Part shown: piece by piece, positions 57,595 to 64,000 of the stretch
How positions within the stretch are numbered: the stretch's first letter is position 1
Layout of the letters: every line of letters starts with the position of its first letter
Notes under the pieces: model-generated
Seen by the model: only the letters and a program-made list of their open reading frames with translations
Told to the model about the DNA's origin: nothing
The model's database searches: none
Assembly (NCBI GenBank): GCA_038063915.1
Contig: JBBTUE010000004.1
Location: forward strand, 38,719 to 102,718
DNA from: Patescibacteria group bacterium
GTDB taxonomy: Bacteria > Patescibacteriota > Minisyncoccia > Phycocordibacterales > UBA9973
Length of the DNA stretch: 64,000 nucleotides
Reading direction: 5' to 3'
Position numbers and translations under genes: made by a program

Positions 57595-59205
57595 CTACTT
57601 ATTTTTTGATATATCTATACCAGAGTTGAATGAGGTTGTATTGGGTGCATTTGTCAGGTCTTTTCCTATTTTTTTTGTAATGGCAAAGTTTTCAACATTT
57701 ATTTTTTCAAAGTTTTTCAATCGGTTTTCAAATATAGCAATATTTTTCTTTATCTCTTTTATTTCTTTTTTATCAGTTGTCCTTTCTAATTCATTCTGGA
57801 AATTAATTATTCCCTGTTTTGTATTTTTTATATCTATATCTCGTCCTCTTGTTTCCCACTCTTGGTCAAAAGCTGCTATTAGATCATTTAGAGATAGAAT
57901 ATTTTTCTTGCCATTTATTTTTACGTAAAATATAAATTCTACGTTTTTCTCTTTTTCTATTTTCGCCATCTCTTCTAATTTGAGCTTGGTGAGGTCTTGA
58001 AATTCTTCATCTGAGGCGTATAGAGCAATAGCCTTCTCAGCATCTTTCTTTTCTTGCATTTCCTTGATAATCACATCAATACCTAGCTCCTTTGTCTTAT
58101 TGACAGTTTTCATTTTTTTAATATTTTCTACTCCTTCTTTGAGGTTTTTTGCATCAAGTACAGTATCTGCTACATCTGTAAAACCGATAACCCGCATCGG
58201 GATTTCTTGCTCAGTAGCAGTAAGTATATAATTTCCTAGTTCCTCCTTATTTTGTTCCATAGATGGACTTTTATCGAAAAACGCATATGCCTTTTTAAAA
58301 CCCTTTGTCTTAAACGTATTCCAATCCGTCTCTATTTTTACTTCAGGTTTTTCAGGTTCTACATTAACTATCTCTACTTCACCACCACCTTCTAGTAAAG
58401 CCTCTAGAGCTATTTTTGTTCTTGCGCCTAGCTTGCCATCAAGCAAAGTTCCAGCAGCTGTCTGGTCGTATTTCTCTAGAATTCTTTTTATAACTTCTGG
58501 TTTATTTTTCTCTAAATAAGCAAACAAATCAGTTTGGAAGTTAAGAACATTATTTATTCGGAATCCGTATTTTTGTGCTATTTTTCCAAGATCTCCCGGT
58601 TTGATATTGGATTCGTTATTAAAGAAGGAGTTATTTAATCCTGTTGGAGTAATAGCACCTTCCTTGGTTTTCGACTTTGTGTAGAGTGGAAGAGGGCTAT
58701 CTTTTGTATCCATAGTATCTTTAAGGTTAGCGCTCTTCGTATTAGTGGTGTCACCGAATACTCCTTCAGCAGTTTTATTGCCGGCCATACTCGCCATAGA
58801 TATACCAGTAGCTATACCAGTAACCATGGCTTTTCTTCTATTTCTTTTTATAAAATTCCAGAATTTTTTAAAAATATTCTCTCTCTCTTTTTTGAATAGT
58901 TGATCTCTAGTGACAACTTTATTTGTACCAGTCTTCTCATTTTTCAACACGCCATCCATATCTTCATCTGGAGGATATTTATTAAGGAGTTGTTGTTTTA
59001 CTACTTCTACGTCGATATTATTATTCACTATTTTTTTACTGCTCTCTAGCGCGCCTTGCACTTCTGGTTTGCTTGGTACCTGACTTTTAAAAAATTCTCC
59101 AGCTTTGTTGATAGTATTCTCTCCGAGTGAGACTGACGAAGCCCCGTCTTTGAGTGACGTTTCTTCTATATTGCTTTCCTTGAGATTTTGTTTCCTTTTA
59201 TCCAT
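57595..59205 (-). CDS. large membrane-anchored protein with a putative peptidoglycan-binding-like segment; start placed at the internal Met (ORF-track start 59304 would overlap the divergent PduO gene)
   Basis: TM segment AMVTGIATGISMASMAG; DGKLGARTKIALEALL resembles the PG_binding_1 motif; K/E-rich. Confidence 0.45.
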   Translation of the reverse strand: MDKRKQNLKESNIEETSLKDGASSVSLGENTINKAGEFFKSQVPSKPEVQGALESSKKIVNNNIDVEVVKQQLLNKYPPDEDMDGVLKNEKTGTNKVVTRDQLFKKERENIFKKFWNFIKRNRRKAMVTGIATGISMASMAGNKTAEGVFGDTTNTKSANLKDTMDTKDSPLPLYTKSKTKEGAITPTGLNNSFFNNESNIKPGDLGKIAQKYGFRINNVLNFQTDLFAYLEKNKPEVIKRILEKYDQTAAGTLLDGKLGARTKIALEALLEGGGEVEIVNVEPEKPEVKIETDWNTFKTKGFKKAYAFFDKSPSMEQNKEELGNYILTATEQEIPMRVIGFTDVADTVLDAKNLKEGVENIKKMKTVNKTKELGIDVIIKEMQEKKDAEKAIALYASDEEFQDLTKLKLEEMAKIEKEKNVEFIFYVKINGKKNILSLNDLIAAFDQEWETRGRDIDIKNTKQGIINFQNELERTTDKKEIKEIKKNIAIFENRLKNFEKINVENFAITKKIGKDLTNAPNTTSFNSGIDISKNK

Positions 59206-59290
59206 ATATACTAATCTGCGGTTAATTATGTGCACATTATACCAGATACTAGTACTATTACTAGGATGCTCTATGATATACTGCCTAGGT

Positions 59291-59905
59291 ATGAAGGACG
59301 ACAAGAAACACTTGAAAAGGGAGAAAAATATACTCTATACAGGCTTTGGCGACAAAGGAACTACAACTCTCTTTGGTTGTAAGCAAGAGAGGATATCTAA
59401 AAGTGCTAATATCGTAGAGGCTCTGGGGTCTATCGACGAGCTCAATGCATATCTGGGACTAGTGAAAGTTTATTCAGAAATGGACAAACTAAAAATAAAA
59501 GGAGGTGGTAAAACAATCTCATACTGCGATGCTCTAGCAGAAATTCAGCAAGTTTTGTTTATCATCCAAGCAGAACTAGCAGGGTCAGACATGACCGTAC
59601 AAGATAGGGAAGTAAAAAATATCGAGGATCTTATTAATAAAATCGCTGATATACTCCCACCTATAACTACATTTACTATCTCCGGTGGCAGTGTTGCTTC
59701 TGCATCGCTTGATGTGGCTCGGACGCTTGCCCGTCGTGCAGAACGCAGGATTGTATCAGTGATGGAAGAAGGACATAGGAAAATAGGTCTTGGAACTATA
59801 TCTTATTTAAATAGGCTTTCAAGCGTACTTTTTGCCCTTTCAAGGTATGCAAACTATGTCCTATCGATACCAGAGGATCACCCTACTTATCTTAAAGATG
59901 AATAA
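59291..59905 (+). CDS. PduO-type ATP:cob(I)alamin adenosyltransferase (MMAB family)
   Basis: ILYTGFGDKGTTTLFGCKQERISKSANIVEALGSIDELNAYLGLV matches the IYTKTGDKGxTSL...RVxAYGxVDELN pattern. Start moved from 59105 to the ATG at 59291. Confidence 0.75.
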   Translation: MKDDKKHLKREKNILYTGFGDKGTTTLFGCKQERISKSANIVEALGSIDELNAYLGLVKVYSEMDKLKIKGGGKTISYCDALAEIQQVLFIIQAELAGSDMTVQDREVKNIEDLINKIADILPPITTFTISGGSVASASLDVARTLARRAERRIVSVMEEGHRKIGLGTISYLNRLSSVLFALSRYANYVLSIPEDHPTYLKDE

Positions 59906-59911
59906 ACAGAT

Positions 59912-60841
59912 ATGAAAATTTTTACAAAAACAGGCCTTGACGGCCCGATATTCATAATAGTCGCTGCGATTCTCTGGGCACTCGACGGTGTGATACGTAG
60001 ATATTTATATAGTTTGCCACCCATCACGATTATATTCTTTGAGCATCTGATTGGTCTTATTATTCTCACTCCGTTTATCTGGAAGAAATTATTCACAGAA
60101 AGAATCAATAAAAAAGACGTCGGGCTTTTGGTGATCATAGCTATTTTAAGTGGTCTACTCGGAACGCTGTGGTTTACGACAGCGTTGCTCAAAGTTCACT
60201 TTATATCTTTCTCTGTAGTGTTTTTACTTCAGAAACTTCAACCAATTTTTGCCATCGGTTCTGCCTCCATATTCTTGAAAGAAAAGTTAGATAAGCGGTA
60301 TATAAAATGGGCACTGCTTGCTATAGTGGCTGCGTATTTTGTAACCTTCAAGAATGGTCATGTTGATTTAGCCACTGGCGAGGGGACTATCGTAGCAGCA
60401 CTCTACGCACTAGGTGCGGCTTTTGCCTGGGGAACATCTACTACGTTTTCTAAAATGGTTTTAACTAAGATTTCTTTTGGAGTTAGTACATTCTATAGAT
60501 TCTTGTTTACAAGTATCATTACCGCGTTTGTAATTTTAATATTAGGTTATGGAAATTCTCTGACTTTACCGACGCTTGGTCAGTTCGGTTTATTTACTTT
60601 AATAGCTGTCTCGACAGGTATGGTTGCGCTCGTAATTTATTACAGAGGTCTGGCAAGAACTCCGGTCCATATATCTACAATCCTAGAGCTCACTTTCCCT
60701 TTCATTGCAATATTTATTGATACTGTGCTATATAATAGTGTATTATCATTATCACAATGGGTCGCTACTTTTATACTTGTTTTTGCAATTTACAAGGTAG
60801 CTCGCTTACAATCATATGCTGTTTCAAGCAAGACAAATTAA
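59912..60841 (+). CDS. EamA/DMT-family transporter
   Basis: Ten TM helices in two EamA-like halves. Confidence 0.6.
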   Translation: MKIFTKTGLDGPIFIIVAAILWALDGVIRRYLYSLPPITIIFFEHLIGLIILTPFIWKKLFTERINKKDVGLLVIIAILSGLLGTLWFTTALLKVHFISFSVVFLLQKLQPIFAIGSASIFLKEKLDKRYIKWALLAIVAAYFVTFKNGHVDLATGEGTIVAALYALGAAFAWGTSTTFSKMVLTKISFGVSTFYRFLFTSIITAFVILILGYGNSLTLPTLGQFGLFTLIAVSTGMVALVIYYRGLARTPVHISTILELTFPFIAIFIDTVLYNSVLSLSQWVATFILVFAIYKVARLQSYAVSSKTN

Positions 60842-61187
60842 AGGAATCGGTAGGGGTCATAAAATTGGTTTCCCAACTATTAATCTACTCATACCAGAAG
60901 GTTTTCATATAGATGAGGGTATATACGCCGTTTGGGTAGTTATAGATAATCTAACTTATAAGGGAGCTTTGCATTATGGCCCAATACCAACCTTTGACTT
61001 AAAAGATAAAACTTTGGAAGTCCATTTAATTGATGTAACAGATGGAGATGCTCCGGAAACTTTCGGGAAAGAAATAGAAATCGATGTTGTTGAGAGAATT
61101 AGAGATATAAGATATTTTGATACTGCACTTGAGCTCGCCACTGCTATAAGTGAAGATGTCCAGAAAGTAAAATTGATATTAAAATAA
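60816..61187 (+). CDS. riboflavin kinase (monofunctional flavokinase domain)
   Basis: GIGRGHKIGFPTINL matches the RFK motif GRGxxLGFPTANL. Confidence 0.75.
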   Translation: MLFQARQIKGIGRGHKIGFPTINLLIPEGFHIDEGIYAVWVVIDNLTYKGALHYGPIPTFDLKDKTLEVHLIDVTDGDAPETFGKEIEIDVVERIRDIRYFDTALELATAISEDVQKVKLILK

Positions 61188-61195
61188 CCAATTAG

Positions 61196-61762
61196 TTAAT
61201 TGGAATTTGTTAATTTGATATAAATATCGTCACTTGTGACCAGATTACATGCCCCTCCGACGCTTGCATTGTCGGTCGGGTAGTTTTGAGTTCCATTTCT
61301 TCCATACGAGGCCACTACAGAGTAGGCGACGTCAATGGAATTTACACATACATGATAGTCTGGATCAAAAACATAAGAGTGATTCCAAAGGTCGGTTGCA
61401 CTTACTGCGTAAGGTCCCTTCCATCTAGCAATATCTGTGGCATTCCAACTGCATGTTCCGGATGAAAAAACACTTGGAGCCGCTAATAATCCAGCATTTG
61501 CATCTATTAGGTCAACTTCGGGGTTTGAGACTTCATCTACTTCACAACCATTGGGCCACTTTGATGTATCATTTTCAAGCATAACTATCGAGCTCCGGAG
61601 ATTTTTTATTTCAAGAGTTGCTTTTACATTCTCAGCTTCTATTTTTGCGTTATTCATTGTTACCATTATGATACTTGCTAATATACCAATAATTGCAATA
61701 ACAATAAGAAGCTCTAAGACAGTAAAACCCCCAGTTTTTTTAGTTTTTTTGGGCACAGTCAT
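61196..61762 (-). CDS. type IV pilin-like protein
   Basis: GGFTVLELLIVIAIIGILASIIMVTM prepilin N-terminus. Confidence 0.75.
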   Translation of the reverse strand: MTVPKKTKKTGGFTVLELLIVIAIIGILASIIMVTMNNAKIEAENVKATLEIKNLRSSIVMLENDTSKWPNGCEVDEVSNPEVDLIDANAGLLAAPSVFSSGTCSWNATDIARWKGPYAVSATDLWNHSYVFDPDYHVCVNSIDVAYSVVASYGRNGTQNYPTDNASVGGACNLVTSDDIYIKLTNSN

Positions 61763-61862
61763 ATTTTAACGCAAATTAGGTAATAATACTATTTAGTTAG
61801 CGTTATTGACAACAGTTTTTATTATCATAAAATATAGTATTATAAAGGTAAGATAAAGATTT

Positions 61863-63170
61863 ATGAATAATTCAACACGAAAATTTAAAGAAATGTTCAA
61901 AGACCCAGTAGTACGTACGGTGGTCGTAAGTTTTCTTACTATTGTTGTTACTCTCGGTCTTATATTTGGGGCTGCTTGGTATTATCGTGGAAAAATTTTC
62001 CAATTACTTGCCACAAATTATGAAATCAATCAAAAAAATTCAAGCTCAAATTTGGTTTTTGATCCTAGGTCAAAAGAAGAAACTTCCTCATCCAACGGTG
62101 CACCACTAGTCCAAGCTAAGGAAGATAATGTTGTAAATGCAGTAAAGAGGGCCAAGCCTGCTGTGGTGTCTATTATTATTAGTAAAGAAGTCCCAAAGTA
62201 TGATGTTTCTTACGATCAAGGAGGTGATCCATTTGGTGGGATGTTCCCAGGCTTTTTCTTTCAAACTCCAACATATAAACAAAATGGTACAGAGAAAAAG
62301 CAACTTGGTAGCGGCTCTGGATTTTTAATTTCTTCCGATGGCATGATAGTCACAAATAAACATGTAGTTGCCGACAGCGATGCTATATACGAGGTGCTTT
62401 TAAATAATGGCAAGAAATACACAGCAAAAGTTCTCGCTCGTGACGGGGTTCTTGATGTCGCAATAGTTAAAATTAGCGCATCAGATCTACCGTATCTTAA
62501 TTTAGCTGATTCAGATACTCTCGATGTTGGAGAAAGTGTCATAGCTATCGGTAATGCACTGGGGGAATTTAAAAATACCGTTTCTGTCGGTGTTGTATCA
62601 GGACTCTCTCGATCTGTTGTAGCTGGAAATGGCATGGGCCAGTCAGAAAGACTCGACAAGGTTATCCAAACTGATGCTGCAATTAACCCAGGTAATTCTG
62701 GTGGCCCACTTCTAAATATCCATGGCGATGTTATCGGTATAAATGTTGCAGTCGTACAAGGTTCTTCGAACGTTGGATTTGCATTGCCTATTAACAGTGT
62801 AAAGAGTGCCATAAATTCTGTTAAAAGTAGTGGTAAAATTGTCCGACCATATGTCGGAATTCGTTATATCAATGTGACTGCAGAGCTGAAGGCCAAGAAT
62901 AATTTGACTGTTGATTATGGAGTACTAGTGCAAAGAGGAGCAACTACCACGGATCTCGCAGTTGTTCCAGGTTCACCGGCTGATAAAGCAGGGATAGTTG
63001 AAAATGATATTATTCTAGAGATAGATGGTACCAAGATTGATGAAAATCAGAACTTCGCGTATCTTATACGAGATAAAAAAGTAGGCGATACTGTGACTAT
63101 GAAAGTATTGTCAAAAGGCATCGTAAAAACTGTCACCCTTCGCCTCGAAGCCGCTCCAGATAATCTATAG
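61863..63170 (+). CDS. htrA: HtrA/DegP-family serine protease (trypsin-like + PDZ)
   Basis: N-terminal TM; catalytic motifs TNKHVV, D and GNSGGPLLN; C-terminal PDZ domain. Confidence 0.9.
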   Translation: MNNSTRKFKEMFKDPVVRTVVVSFLTIVVTLGLIFGAAWYYRGKIFQLLATNYEINQKNSSSNLVFDPRSKEETSSSNGAPLVQAKEDNVVNAVKRAKPAVVSIIISKEVPKYDVSYDQGGDPFGGMFPGFFFQTPTYKQNGTEKKQLGSGSGFLISSDGMIVTNKHVVADSDAIYEVLLNNGKKYTAKVLARDGVLDVAIVKISASDLPYLNLADSDTLDVGESVIAIGNALGEFKNTVSVGVVSGLSRSVVAGNGMGQSERLDKVIQTDAAINPGNSGGPLLNIHGDVIGINVAVVQGSSNVGFALPINSVKSAINSVKSSGKIVRPYVGIRYINVTAELKAKNNLTVDYGVLVQRGATTTDLAVVPGSPADKAGIVENDIILEIDGTKIDENQNFAYLIRDKKVGDTVTMKVLSKGIVKTVTLRLEAAPDNL

Positions 63171-63207
63171 AGTTCGCTTATTTTTATAGAGAGTATATAA
63201 TAGTTTT

Positions 63208-63537
63208 ATGGTTGATCTAAAAGAACTTCAAAAAGAAGTAATGAGAAATAAGATTGAGAAGGGGTTTAATACGACTGATGTCGCGCTTGAGTTTTGTCGT
63301 GCCCACGAAGAGCTTTCTGAAGCTTTTTCAAAATTTAGTAAGAATCAAGACGGAGTTGCAGAAGAGTTTGCTGATGTCGCTGTTTTTTTACTTGGCATGG
63401 CTGAAATACTTGGTTATGATTTAGAAAAAGAACTAGTTAATAAAATTGAAATTAATAAGAAAAGAAAATATAGAAAAGAAAAGTCCCCAGATGGTAAAGA
63501 TATTTTTATAAGAATCAAAACGGTTGAAGATCAATAA
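63208..63537 (+). CDS. MazG-like nucleoside triphosphate pyrophosphohydrolase
   Basis: ALEFCRAHEELSEA...EEFADVAVFLLGMAEILGYDLEKEL EExxE/D motif helices. Confidence 0.65.
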   Translation: MVDLKELQKEVMRNKIEKGFNTTDVALEFCRAHEELSEAFSKFSKNQDGVAEEFADVAVFLLGMAEILGYDLEKELVNKIEINKKRKYRKEKSPDGKDIFIRIKTVEDQ

Positions 63538-63569
63538 AAAATCCGCCTAAACTTAGGCGGATTTTTTAT
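63536..63569. terminator. bidirectional rho-independent terminator
   Basis: atccgcctaa-ac-ttaggcggat, preceded by aaaaaa and followed by tttttt. Confidence 0.85.
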
Positions 63570-64000
63570 ATTCTACGAATGAATAAGGGATAGGATTATC
63601 TAGATAGTCTTCACGCGCTGTTTCTTGCCATACATTTTTATCTATAGCGGGGAATAGAGTGTCGCCTTCAAAATCTTTATGAATTTCTGTGATGTAGAGT
63701 TTATTTGCTTTACCTATCCCTTGCCTATATATCTCTCCTCCACCAATTATAAATACTTCGACTTGGTCTTGGTTCTCTTCAAACCCTCTACCTTGCTCAA
63801 GGGATGCGACACGCAATGCTTCATCAAGTGACCCTACTATGTCTATGTCAGCTTTGAAGTAATTCACATCACGAGTTATGATAATATTTCTCCTATTTTG
63901 TAGGGGTTTGCCTATACTCTCATATGTCTTCCTACCCATGATTACTGTGTGACCGCGAGTTTTATTGCTAAAGTGCTTCATGTCTTCAGGCAAGTCCCAG
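63553..64000 (-). CDS. folA: dihydrofolate reductase; the N-terminus runs off the window end
   Basis: LPEDMKHFSNKTRGHTVIMGRKTYESIGKPLQNRRNIIITR matches the DHFR signature. The reading frame is open to 64000 (WDLPEDM...). Confidence 0.8.
   Translation of the reverse strand, partial: WDLPEDMKHFSNKTRGHTVIMGRKTYESIGKPLQNRRNIIITRDVNYFKADIDIVGSLDEALRVASLEQGRGFEENQDQVEVFIIGGGEIYRQGIGKANKLYITEIHKDFEGDTLFPAIDKNVWQETAREDYLDNPIPYSFVEYKKSA

Noticed and set aside
59105-59290. Upstream 62-codon extension of the PduO-type adenosyltransferase ORF
   Set aside because: The extension is antisense to the 5' end of the minus-strand gene and has no PduO homology. Homology begins at the Met at 59291.

Overview
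This is a 64-kb window from an AT-rich, gene-dense bacterial genome with short intergenic spacers. I infer a CPR/Patescibacteria-like organism from the gene content, and the intact large genes show UGA is not recoded (FtsH, RecG, LigA). Housekeeping content: infC (partial), truB, smpB with an adjacent tmRNA (ssrA), mscL, ftsH, recG, cdd, an interrupted deoD, ligA, gatC-gatA, prfB, ftsE-ftsX, pyrG, htrA and folA (partial), plus 9 tRNAs in three clusters. A ~12-kb type IV pilus/competence locus spans 27.8-40.6 kb: comF, pilM/N/O, pilB, receiver, pilT, pilC, two pilins, pilD and five pseudopilins. Three more pilin genes are dispersed elsewhere. The standout is a complete diversity-generating retroelement (DGR) at 9.3-16.5 kb. 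It has a DGR-type reverse transcriptase, an Avd-like gene on the opposite strand, a 110-bp template repeat (TR), and two variable repeats (VR) at the C-termini of two paralogous target genes. The two VRs differ from the TR at 31 of 32 positions by adenine-specific substitutions (my hand count). Target 1 is an N-terminal MoxR/AAA_5-like AAA+ ATPase fused to the diversified C-type-lectin-like domain. A vWA-domain protein with an HExxH motif lies between the RT and target 2. The cassette is bracketed by 166-bp, 97%-identical inverted repeats, and a ~470-bp GC-rich structured non-coding island abuts one copy. Other oddities: a single in-frame TAA interrupts deoD; a tRNA-Ile has anticodon UAU and a type-II tRNA has an apparent ACU anticodon; MscL carries a C-terminal Cys4 extension; RF2 lacks the frameshift leader.
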